This document shows positions 44,166 through 52,725 of a DNA stretch of 64,000 nucleotides, in pieces. The notes under the pieces were generated by a model. The model saw only the letters and a program-made list of their open reading frames with translations. It searched no databases and had not been told where the DNA came from. The stretch lies in IMG/VR virus record IMGVR_UViG_3300008954_000022, positions 1 through 64,000 of that record; one strand, 5' to 3'. Each line of letters opens with the position of its first letter. Position 1 is the stretch's first letter. Made by a program: the position numbers and the translations under genes. This DNA is from a virus.

Positions 44166-46202
44166 ATGGCTGGCAAGAATACAAATCTCTTCGTTAGACT
44201 CACAAAGCTTTTTCGATCCGGCCCGATCATCAAGCGAAGGGTTAAGGGATTCAAGCAGACGACGCCCTACACCTCCACAGCGTTGGAGGTCTTTAAGCGT
44301 GCACACAGTGATGTCTACAACAGTACAATATCATCGTACGGCGCATTCGATAGAATGTCGAGGTACGCAGATTTCAGCGAGATGGAATCAACACCTGAGA
44401 TTGCTGCAGCTCTCGACATCTACTCTGAGGAGTCAGTTTCTCCAGACGCTAAGGGCCAGGTTCTACACATCTACTCTGAGAACAGAAAGATTCAGGGGAT
44501 TCTCGACTCTCTCTTCTATGAGACACTGAACATTGAGTTCAATCTGTCAATGTGGGTTAGAAACCTCTGTAAGTACGGGGACTTCTTTCTCTTCAATGAT
44601 GTCTCACCTGAGTTCGGAGTCATTAATGCCTTTCCCATATCAATCAATGAGATTGAGCGTGAGGAGGGTTATGACCCCAATGATCCGGCTGCTGTGCGCT
44701 TTCGGTGGATAACACAGGGAAACCAGATTCTGGAGAACTGGCAGCTTACTCACTTTCGTCTGTTGGGCAATGACACCTTCCTACCGTATGGATCGTCGGT
44801 TCTTGAGGCTGCGAGACGAATCTGGCGTCAGCTAATTCTCATCGAGGACGCGATGCTGGTGTACAGGGTGATTCGTGCTCCGGAGAGACGTGTCTTCTAC
44901 ATTGACGTGGGAAATGTTCCTCCGGAGGACGTCGCGAACTACCTCGAGCAGGCAAAGTCTGCCCTCAAGAGGAACCAGATAATTGACAAGGACACAGGTA
45001 AGGTCGATCTGAGGTACAATCCCCTTAGTGTGGATGAGGATTATTTTCTTCCCGTACGCGGTGGAGAGTCAGGAACAAAGATTGACACCCTGGCCGGTGG
45101 CTCGAACACCGCTGCAATTGAGGATGTCGAGTATATTCAGAAGAAGCTCTTCGCTGCCCTCAAGATCCCTAGAGCGTATCTCGGGTACGATGAGGATGTT
45201 GGTGCCAAAGCAACCCTAGCTCAGGAGGATATGAGATTCTCTCGTACAATTCAGAGAATACAGAAGACGATTATATCAGAGCTCAATAAGCTGGCAGTGA
45301 TTCACCTGTATGCACACGGATATGAAGGAGACGATCTCGTCGACTTTCAGATAAAGCTATCCAACCCATCATCAGTTGCTCAGCAGCAGAAGCTAGAGCT
45401 CATTCGATCAAAGTTTGAGATCGCAGGAGCCGCGCCAGAGGGGCTGGTCAGCCGAGCGTGGATTCGTAAGAACATCTTGGAGCTGACCCCCACAGAGATT
45501 AAATCTCTCGTTGATGAGAAGATTGCTGATGCTAAGGAAGACGCGGATGTCGAATCTGGAGGAGCAGAGGCAGCAGCGGCCGCACCGGCAGGTGGTGACG
45601 ACGCCGGAGGTGACGACGCCGGAGGCGACGAGGGCGGAGGACTTTTCGCAGCAGACCAGCCCGAGGGACAGCTACTGACAGCTCTTCCCGCCCTTGACGA
45701 CGACGACGATGACGATGATGAGCAAGATGAGGATGATGAGATCGATCTGAGTTTCTCCATAAAGGACCTTGAGGCTCCAGCAAAGGCCCAGAATCAGATA
45801 CGCAATATCTTTAATGAGCCCATCTCTAAGAGTCGAAAGGTGACGTCAGGCCCAGGAAGTACCCACATGCCTGACTTTGGGAAGATGACATCCACTGGAC
45901 GTCCAGGTCGCAGACAGGATACATCCAACAAGCCATTTGACGATGACTTTCTCAGAAATCCGTTTGGAGAGGGCCTGCTTCCAAAGAATGAGTTCATCGA
46001 TGATTTTCTCGACAAGAAAATCGAGCAGCGTACTAAAATGACCCGGGAGATGGAGGGGATGCTAGGTAAGTTTCAAAGCGCAATAGGTATTGACCGCGCG
46101 GGAATACTTACAGAAGCGGAGGGCATAATGCCACACGAGGATCCTGAAGAGACTGTTGAAGTTGATATAGAGGAGCTAAGGAGTCAAGGAGACAATGAGT
46201 AA
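44166..46202 (+). CDS. gp20: Portal protein (T4 gp20-like) with long acidic C-terminal extension
   Basis: LIEDAMLVYRVIRAPERRVFYIDVGN, EDYFLPVRG...TKIDTLAGG, IEDVEYIQKKLFAALKIP. Confidence 0.95.
   Translation: MAGKNTNLFVRLTKLFRSGPIIKRRVKGFKQTTPYTSTALEVFKRAHSDVYNSTISSYGAFDRMSRYADFSEMESTPEIAAALDIYSEESVSPDAKGQVLHIYSENRKIQGILDSLFYETLNIEFNLSMWVRNLCKYGDFFLFNDVSPEFGVINAFPISINEIEREEGYDPNDPAAVRFRWITQGNQILENWQLTHFRLLGNDTFLPYGSSVLEAARRIWRQLILIEDAMLVYRVIRAPERRVFYIDVGNVPPEDVANYLEQAKSALKRNQIIDKDTGKVDLRYNPLSVDEDYFLPVRGGESGTKIDTLAGGSNTAAIEDVEYIQKKLFAALKIPRAYLGYDEDVGAKATLAQEDMRFSRTIQRIQKTIISELNKLAVIHLYAHGYEGDDLVDFQIKLSNPSSVAQQQKLELIRSKFEIAGAAPEGLVSRAWIRKNILELTPTEIKSLVDEKIADAKEDADVESGGAEAAAAAPAGGDDAGGDDAGGDEGGGLFAADQPEGQLLTALPALDDDDDDDDEQDEDDEIDLSFSIKDLEAPAKAQNQIRNIFNEPISKSRKVTSGPGSTHMPDFGKMTSTGRPGRRQDTSNKPFDDDFLRNPFGEGLLPKNEFIDDFLDKKIEQRTKMTREMEGMLGKFQSAIGIDRAGILTEAEGIMPHEDPEETVEVDIEELRSQGDNE
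45594..45638 (+). repeat. 15-nt tandem repeat (GGTGACGACGCCGGA twice plus a degenerate third copy)
   Basis: Encodes GDDAG-GDDAG-GDEGG in the portal tail. Confidence 0.8.
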
Positions 46203-47043
46203 GACGCACAACAAAAAGAGAAATGTTGGCATCATATACGAGCAGTTGGTGCGACGTGTCTCCGAAGCGTTGGTTGAAGGAGACACCCAGACAGCTGACA
46301 AGGTGGTGGGAATTCTACGCCGACATTTCGATCGAGACAGTCAACTCTATCGTGAGTTTAGACTGTTCAACGCGCTAGTAAAGACCACTGTTCCATCTGA
46401 GTCACTGGCAACACGAATTCTCACTGAGGCGAAGGAGGCTGCTCAAGATCACAACGCAACGAAGCTTCGTCAGGAGAAGGCGGCTCTCATTCGGGATATT
46501 AATCACACACTGAATGATAGGAACTTCTACAAGACACGTGTTGAGGGGTACCGAACGTACGCAACAATCCAGACACTTCTCAATGATTGGCGGGCTGGTA
46601 GTCGACTGGGTCGAGTGATTGATTATGAGCAAAAGATTCATGAGTGGCTACTATCAGATGCCCCCACAAGATCAATTAATGAGCTTAAGACACCAGGGGT
46701 TAACCCCCTTACTGTGAAGATAATGACAGACAAGTTTAATCAAAAGTATGGAAGGTCATTGACCAGTGCTCAGAAGGAGATCGTCCAGGAGTATGCGTTT
46801 TCGAAGTCGCCCAAGAGGGACGATATCGTGAGGGGTATGCTAGCTCGTCAAAAGGATGAGCTTCTCAGGGGACTCACCAGCTACGCGCGCGAGTGTAGTA
46901 ATAAGATACTCCTTGAGAAGATTCCCGAGGTAAGGGAGAAGATAGACTCCCTGGATCTGAGCGAGATGTCTGATATGGGCATCTCTCGATTTCTGGTCCT
47001 GTCCCAACTGGGGCACGAGATAATGGAGGGCGAAGATGAGTAA
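46195..47043 (+). CDS. Hypothetical head-assembly protein between portal and protease
   Basis: 282-aa ORF starting MSKTHNKKRNVGIIYEQL, with AAGGAG upstream; overlaps both neighbours. Confidence 0.7.
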   Translation: MSKTHNKKRNVGIIYEQLVRRVSEALVEGDTQTADKVVGILRRHFDRDSQLYREFRLFNALVKTTVPSESLATRILTEAKEAAQDHNATKLRQEKAALIRDINHTLNDRNFYKTRVEGYRTYATIQTLLNDWRAGSRLGRVIDYEQKIHEWLLSDAPTRSINELKTPGVNPLTVKIMTDKFNQKYGRSLTSAQKEIVQEYAFSKSPKRDDIVRGMLARQKDELLRGLTSYARECSNKILLEKIPEVREKIDSLDLSEMSDMGISRFLVLSQLGHEIMEGEDE

Positions 47044-47650
47044 TACGAAACTGAAACTGCTCACTGAGTGGGTACCGTTTGAGTACACCCAGGAGATGAT
47101 AACAGAATCGAGGGATTCCAACGGTGGAAAGATTATCCTCAAGGGTGTGCTACAGAAGGCAGGAACTCTCAATCAGAACGGCAGGGTTTATCCTTTGCCC
47201 ATCCTAGAGCGTGAGGTTAGGAACTATCAGAAGTTCATCCAGGAAAATCGGGCCCTGGGAGAGTGCGATCATCCAGAGTCAAGCGTTGTGGAGCTCAAGA
47301 ACGCGTCCCACATCGTGCGTGAGGCCCACATGGAGGGAGATGTGGTGTTCGGAGCCGTTGAGCTCCTAGACACCCCAAGCGGAAAAATTCTACAGAGCCT
47401 GGTGGAGTCAGGCATTACACTGGGTATCTCAAGTCGCGGCGTAGGTTCGACAAAGGCTGAGGGAGACCACGATGTTGTTCAGGACGATTTTCAGCTAATA
47501 TGCTGGGACTTTGTATCCGAGCCCTCCACGCCAGGCGCATTTATGATGAGAGAAGGACGTATCGTTAACGAGCACGATCTCAAGACTCACTTTACCAAGT
47601 CTGATAGAATTGATAGAATATTCAACGATATACTTCAGTGGGAGGAGTAG
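47036..47650 (+). CDS. gp21: Prohead core protease (T4 gp21-like)
   Basis: NQNGRVYP, RALGECDHP, ASH, LDTPSGKIL, GISSRGVGS, DFVSEPST. Confidence 0.95.
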   Translation: MSNTKLKLLTEWVPFEYTQEMITESRDSNGGKIILKGVLQKAGTLNQNGRVYPLPILEREVRNYQKFIQENRALGECDHPESSVVELKNASHIVREAHMEGDVVFGAVELLDTPSGKILQSLVESGITLGISSRGVGSTKAEGDHDVVQDDFQLICWDFVSEPSTPGAFMMREGRIVNEHDLKTHFTKSDRIDRIFNDILQWEE

Positions 47651-47656
47651 GGGACA

Positions 47657-48091
47657 ATGGCAAACTATTATTCAGGTGATCGAACCAACGTCGGCGTCGG
47701 CGGATCCGGCTGGGCACCTACTCACCACGGTTCAGTCTCGGAGTACCAGGGTTCCTGTATTCCGTTTATAACGTCGTCGTTGTGTGGCACAGGGGTGCAG
47801 CTAATCGAGTTCCCTAGGGTAACACGGTTTATTGTCCTTAGAAACAATCACGCATCAAATACTCTAAGCTTTGGCTTTACCGAGAACGGCCTAAATGGTG
47901 CAGAGACGGAGAACTTCTTCACACTCACAGGTAAGACTGAGACGGGTCGCTTGGAGATCAAGTGTGATAAGATCTTCATTAAGGCGAGCGATGCATCAAC
48001 TAATTTCTCGTTAATTGCGGGAATCACAAATATTGCGAAGGGATCGTTTCTGAACCTCACGGGTTCAGAGGGCTTCGACGGAGTTGGTTAA
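47657..48091 (+). CDS. Hypothetical beta-rich head-associated protein
   Basis: 144-aa ORF after the protease; no firm family. Confidence 0.6.
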   Translation: MANYYSGDRTNVGVGGSGWAPTHHGSVSEYQGSCIPFITSSLCGTGVQLIEFPRVTRFIVLRNNHASNTLSFGFTENGLNGAETENFFTLTGKTETGRLEIKCDKIFIKASDASTNFSLIAGITNIAKGSFLNLTGSEGFDGVG

Positions 48092-48096
48092 GATAA

Positions 48097-48567
48097 ATGG
48101 CAAAGCTTACGCGCACTAACCTAAAAATGTTAGTCAAAGAGTGCTTAGTGGAGTTACTCGCTGAAGGCCTCTCAGATAATTCTAGTGTGCTTCGTGAATC
48201 ACTAGTGAGACACGAGCCTGTAGCACCACCCTCGGTTTCTGGTCGAAGTGGTCGATTCCAGTCACAGCAATCGCTTCATCCTCCGAAGAATCCTGCACTT
48301 GACGGTACGAGGTTCAATAGTGCAGTGGACACTGCGGTCCGTGAGTTAACAAGCAATCCAATGATGGCAGATATTTTTGCGGATACTGCCAGAACAACGC
48401 TCCAGGAGCAGAATGCAGCTGGATCACCTGGAGGTGTTGGTGGCGCCGCTGATATGACAGAAGTTTTTGATGCACCTGGTGGTGATATATCCAGCATGAC
48501 AGAGTTTGCAGGCGCCTCGAAGAACTGGGAGGCTCTAGCATTCGGTGATGGCTCAAAAAAGCTCTAG
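48097..48567 (+). CDS. Putative internal head protein
   Basis: N-terminal KLTRTNLKMLVKECLVELLAE leader; several L-x-E motifs. Confidence 0.55.
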   Translation: MAKLTRTNLKMLVKECLVELLAEGLSDNSSVLRESLVRHEPVAPPSVSGRSGRFQSQQSLHPPKNPALDGTRFNSAVDTAVRELTSNPMMADIFADTARTTLQEQNAAGSPGGVGGAADMTEVFDAPGGDISSMTEFAGASKNWEALAFGDGSKKL

Positions 48568-48650
48568 GGTCAATCTAGATCCAGAAGATTTTTTGCGAAC
48601 TTGATATGTATGATATGCGAACACGCTTATCATTGTAGGAGATACAACAA

Positions 48651-48965
48651 ATGGCACGAAGAGTTAGAAGGTTGACACCCACACTCCTCCGGAGAATGGT
48701 CCTCGAGGAAAAGTCTAAATTCGAAAGATCACGACGTCGACGTCGAATTCGTGAGACATCTGATCCTGTAGAGGCAGGTATTGAAGATCCCGAAAAGGTC
48801 CAGGCCGACGAGGTCGAGCCCGGCGATGAGGCTGAGTCCATTGCCAAGGATATTGACTGGATGAGAGCTCTTAAGATTCAAGAGAGAAAGCTCAGTTCAA
48901 AGTTGCGTAGAATTCAAGAGACCAAGAGGCGCCTTAGAGCACGAGTCGTGCGGCGTCTCTCGTAG
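48651..48965 (+). CDS. Putative internal head protein with basic and acidic blocks
   Basis: RLTPTLLRRMVLEE leader; Arg-rich; AGGAG upstream. Confidence 0.6.
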   Translation: MARRVRRLTPTLLRRMVLEEKSKFERSRRRRRIRETSDPVEAGIEDPEKVQADEVEPGDEAESIAKDIDWMRALKIQERKLSSKLRRIQETKRRLRARVVRRLS

Positions 48966-48985
48966 GATATTAAGGAGATCAAGAG

Positions 48986-49462
48986 ATGCCTACTCACAAG
49001 CAAATAACAGTTGAGTCCACACCCACTGAGAGGTTTATGGGACGCTCGGCCAGTAATGACCTGGGCACAGCCTATCCTGCTTCTCCCATGGTTCTGGGTG
49101 ATATGACCGATGACGAGAGGCGTCAGTGGTTTCAAGACAATGTTCTGGACGCCGTTATCAATGACGGCGGTCACACATTCGGAGAGATTGATACATCCTA
49201 CACTAATGCTCCCGATCTAGCCGATGTTGAGACAGGCGGAGGTGGGCTGCCCGGAAGCGCACATGTGCCCAACCCAGTATCTCCTGGGCCTGGAAGCCAC
49301 AATCCCGCTGATATTGCTGATCCCCCCGACGGTTGGGGGCTCAAGCCTTCAGACACGTGGGGTTCAGGCGTTGGCTCTCAACTCCAGCCTAAGGCATCTT
49401 CTGAGAAGATCTCCGGACAAACCCTGGGGGCGTATATTCTGGGTAAGTCCTCGGCTGAGTAA
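48986..49462 (+). CDS. Hypothetical Pro/Gly-rich protein, paralogue of 49468..50067
   Basis: AAGGAG upstream; LGTAYPASPM and APDLADVE...HVPN shared with the next gene. Confidence 0.7.
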   Translation: MPTHKQITVESTPTERFMGRSASNDLGTAYPASPMVLGDMTDDERRQWFQDNVLDAVINDGGHTFGEIDTSYTNAPDLADVETGGGGLPGSAHVPNPVSPGPGSHNPADIADPPDGWGLKPSDTWGSGVGSQLQPKASSEKISGQTLGAYILGKSSAE

Positions 49463-49467
49463 TACTA

Positions 49468-50067
49468 ATGGCGCAGGAACCAGCCGGTGGACAGATGAAC
49501 CACGGCACGGTGGTCTTTGAGGGCCCTGCGCCAACAGCCGCATCAACAAATGTTGAGGGTGCTGGTCTAGCAAAGTCAAATAAGGATCGACTAGGCAAGG
49601 GGTTTCCCAACTCCCCTATGTTGGGCGCTGCGCCAAGCTACACCCCGGACGTAGTAAGGGGACTCCATCACAAGCTAATTACTAATAGTGTAGATGATAA
49701 ATCCCGAACAGACGCCGCAGGCTACTGGGGATTTTCAGCACCTGAGTCTGATGAGGTTAACCCCTCCAGTACTGACATGGTATTTCCTGCCCCAGATGTT
49801 AGCGCTGTTGAGGTATCGGGCCCGGACGCTACTCCTCTGGCTAGCCCGTATATTCCCAATCTCCTTCCGCCCGCTCTAGGCGATGCTAATGACAATCCGG
49901 ATGGGGAAGCGACTAAAAGCTTTGCAGAATCAAAGACTTCCAGGCCGCCGTTCTCAGGACCGGGGCTTGCGTCTCCGGATGAGGATGGAATCCTCGGCCG
50001 AAATCCGAGCGCTACTTCAGCAGAGATACAGAGCCGACCCTGGCGCACAAAGCCAAGTGACAGCTAA
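49468..50067 (+). CDS. Hypothetical Pro-rich protein, paralogue of 48986..49462
   Basis: LGKGFPNSPM and APDVSAVE...YIPN. Confidence 0.65.
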   Translation: MAQEPAGGQMNHGTVVFEGPAPTAASTNVEGAGLAKSNKDRLGKGFPNSPMLGAAPSYTPDVVRGLHHKLITNSVDDKSRTDAAGYWGFSAPESDEVNPSSTDMVFPAPDVSAVEVSGPDATPLASPYIPNLLPPALGDANDNPDGEATKSFAESKTSRPPFSGPGLASPDEDGILGRNPSATSAEIQSRPWRTKPSDS

Positions 50068-50084
50068 ATACTAATGGCTGATCC

Positions 50085-50633
50085 ATGAGAGAATCTATTG
50101 GAGCTCTTAATCAGCATGATGCGAATACAGACTCGGGGTACGGCAGATCCAGCGATCGACTATTCAAACCGAGGCAGACTGGAAGTCACTTCCCCTATAA
50201 GACACCTGATGCGTACGAAGATGACGACGATCTAGACCTGGGTGACTCAGAGGAAGTAATTAGCAAGAAGCATAGACCCTACAATGCCAGCGACCCGCTG
50301 GCATTCAAAGGAACAACTCCATTTTACTTCGCCGCCGGAAATACCAAACTTTCAGATTGTTTCGAAAGACCGGATGATGTTCTTCGTGAGGTGGAGAGTA
50401 CAGGGAAATCAATGTCACCCAAACATAAATCTCCCGGTGTAGGGCGAGGGGCTCACCCATACATGACTGTGGGCTCAGCCAAGAGAACTGGAACGACCCG
50501 AGGTTGGGCCTCTCCTCCACCGCCTGTTAAAACTGATCGTGGCCTTGAAGAGCTCGAGACCAGTGAGGAGCAGAATCCTCTAGACTGGGTCTTTGATGAT
50601 CCTCATGAGTCCTGGATCTGGGACGCGAAGTAA
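50085..50633 (+). CDS. Hypothetical protein
   Basis: 182-aa ORF filling the gap in the operon; probably disordered. Confidence 0.55.
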   Translation: MRESIGALNQHDANTDSGYGRSSDRLFKPRQTGSHFPYKTPDAYEDDDDLDLGDSEEVISKKHRPYNASDPLAFKGTTPFYFAAGNTKLSDCFERPDDVLREVESTGKSMSPKHKSPGVGRGAHPYMTVGSAKRTGTTRGWASPPPPVKTDRGLEELETSEEQNPLDWVFDDPHESWIWDAK

Positions 50634-50637
50634 GAAA

Positions 50638-50880
50638 GTGTCGAAGCCAGTAAATGTCTCAGTTCGCCTCGGAGGAAAGATTCGAACATCTGAGCAGTTG
50701 ATAAGACTATTCATAAGGAAGTGCAAGCGAGAAAGAATAGTACAGGAATACAGGGAATCTCTGGTATACGAGACAAAAGGTCAGAAGCGCCGCCGAAAGA
50801 AGGCGCAGGGCAAAGCTCGGCGCAAGAGAGAAGAGGACAGCAACAAGAGTGATTCTACGAAAGATAAATTGAGGCGCTGA
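50638..50880 (+). CDS. rpsU: Phage-encoded ribosomal protein bS21 homologue
   Basis: VSVRL...SEQLIRLFIRKCKRERIVQEYRESLVYETKGQKRRRKKAQGKARRKR fits the bS21 pattern (V.V....E.ALRRFKR.....G...E.R....YEKP...R.RK...A..R); GTG 50638 follows the previous TAA by 4 nt; 80 aa. Confidence 0.8.
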   Translation: MSKPVNVSVRLGGKIRTSEQLIRLFIRKCKRERIVQEYRESLVYETKGQKRRRKKAQGKARRKREEDSNKSDSTKDKLRR

Positions 50881-50883
50881 ATC

Positions 50884-50890
50884 ATATTTA
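50884..50890 (+). promoter_or_regulatory. Putative late promoter motif ATATTTA
   Basis: ~30 nt upstream of the scaffold ATG 50920. Confidence 0.5.
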
Positions 50891-50919
50891 GACACAACAC
50901 ACGTGTGAGAGAGAGGATT

Positions 50920-52689
50920 ATGAGTCAAAATCTTTATGACGACGCGATCGCCGAAGCACTCAGACTTGCCGATATGGCTGAGGAGAATGCTCGGAACAAG
51001 ATCATTGATGCAGTAACTCCTAGAATTAGGAGCCTCATTGAGCGTCAACTCCTGGGAGAGGACGATGGTCTGGATCCCTTGGACGACGAGCTCGAGGACG
51101 ATGCCCCCGCAGGTGATGAAATACCTGGCGAGGGAGGACCTGAGGTTCTCGATCTAGACGCTGCATCTGATGATTTAGCCGTCCCCGAAGCTCCGTCTGA
51201 TGACCTCGGCATGCCGCCGGCGTCGCTAGAGCCGATGGGAGCACCTGTTGATCTAGCACTTCCAGGGGATGATGATGCTGATGCAGCATCGGTCTCTGTA
51301 ACACCTGACGGTGAAGTGGAGGTATCAGTAGGCGACATCAGTATTGAGGTCGACACTTCATCGGATGAGGGGGGCTTTGAGGATGAGGACGACCTCCTTC
51401 TCGGCCAAGAGGTCGCCGAGGCCCTGGCTCGTATGGTCTCACAAAGTACAACAGGACGACAGCGACTCCAGAAGAGAATTAAACTTCTTGAGTCTAGAAT
51501 CAAAGTTTTAAGAAAAGCCCTGCCAATTGCCAAGAGGGCAGGTTCGACAAATAGACAGCGTCAACGAATAGCCCAGATTTTTGAATCCCTGGCACGTGAG
51601 GCAGTCATTTTGCGACGGCAGGTAATACTTACAGAGCAGGATACAGGAGGAACACTCCTAGAAAAAGCTCGCATCAATTCTGTGATTAAGGAGATGAAGC
51701 AAATGTCAAGGCGTAGAAACAGGAACATCTTCGATTTTCTCTTCGAACAAGAAGAGGACCTCGAACTCGCACCCGAGGAGGGGGAAGCCGTTGAAGGCGA
51801 AGAGGCACCGTTAGAGGAGCCAGATATCGACGCAGCGGAAGACGCCCTACTCGATCTAGGTGACGCACTCGGCCTTGAGGTCGAAGTACTGCCCCCAGAG
51901 GGCGAAGAGGGTGAAGAGGGTGAAGAGGCTCCTGAAGATGAGCTCGATCTCGAAGAAACCTATGAAATCGATGAGGCAATGCTTCGTCGGGAGCTTCGTA
52001 GAATTCGTAAGCTTAATGAGAACGATCCAGTCGACGGCTCCGGAGACTCCTCGTTTGGCGGCGGTGACGCCGAAGACGAGCCCTTCGTAGAGGTAGATGA
52101 GGACGACCTTCTCAATGCCCTGGCCGACGAGCTTGGAGATGCTCCAGTTCCTGACGCCGGCGGTGGACAGCCTCCCGGACACGACGCGATGCCAGAGTCT
52201 TATAGAAGGAGACGCGCACGCGTGCGAAGGATGCGTGAGGCAGCACGACGACGTGCCAGCGCTCGAGGACGACGACCAGTCGCCCGACGTAGCACCGGTG
52301 GAAGACGTAGTGCCGCTGGTGGTCGACAGATCGCCGAGTATCGCAAGGTGGTGAGTGCACTCAAGGGGCAACTTACCGAAATGAATCTTTTCAATGCGAA
52401 GCTGCTTTATGCAAACAAGCTAATCCAGAATCGCAATCTAACAGCTAAGCAGCAAAGAGCAATAGTCGAGGCCCTGGATAATGCCAAGACGCTCCGCGAG
52501 GCAAAGCTTCTTTACAAGAGCTTGACTTCTTCGCTCAAGAAGGTCTCCAGGAAGAACCTTCAAGAGGGACGTAGCTCAAGATCGCTCGGATCATCCTCCA
52601 GATCAACCCGGTCGGCTTCGCCGTCCAACAGTGGGAATGAGGTGGATCGATGGGCAGTCCTCGCCGGTATTGACAACGGTGGGAACTAA
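50920..52689 (+). CDS. Prohead core/scaffold protein
   Basis: Directly upstream of the capsid gene; acidic low-complexity blocks; C-terminal LTEMNLFNAKLLYANKL...IVEALDNAKTLREAKLLYKSL...RWAVLAGI; GAGG favours ATG 50920. Confidence 0.8.
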   Translation: MSQNLYDDAIAEALRLADMAEENARNKIIDAVTPRIRSLIERQLLGEDDGLDPLDDELEDDAPAGDEIPGEGGPEVLDLDAASDDLAVPEAPSDDLGMPPASLEPMGAPVDLALPGDDDADAASVSVTPDGEVEVSVGDISIEVDTSSDEGGFEDEDDLLLGQEVAEALARMVSQSTTGRQRLQKRIKLLESRIKVLRKALPIAKRAGSTNRQRQRIAQIFESLAREAVILRRQVILTEQDTGGTLLEKARINSVIKEMKQMSRRRNRNIFDFLFEQEEDLELAPEEGEAVEGEEAPLEEPDIDAAEDALLDLGDALGLEVEVLPPEGEEGEEGEEAPEDELDLEETYEIDEAMLRRELRRIRKLNENDPVDGSGDSSFGGGDAEDEPFVEVDEDDLLNALADELGDAPVPDAGGGQPPGHDAMPESYRRRRARVRRMREAARRRASARGRRPVARRSTGGRRSAAGGRQIAEYRKVVSALKGQLTEMNLFNAKLLYANKLIQNRNLTAKQQRAIVEALDNAKTLREAKLLYKSLTSSLKKVSRKNLQEGRSSRSLGSSSRSTRSASPSNSGNEVDRWAVLAGIDNGGN

Positions 52690-52725
52690 TCGAACTACTG
52701 AAATAGGACTTTTAAGGAGAAACAA

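Noticed and set aside
51898-51930. 9-nt tandem repeat GAGGG(C/T)GAA
   Set aside because: Simply encodes EGE repeats in an acidic low-complexity linker.
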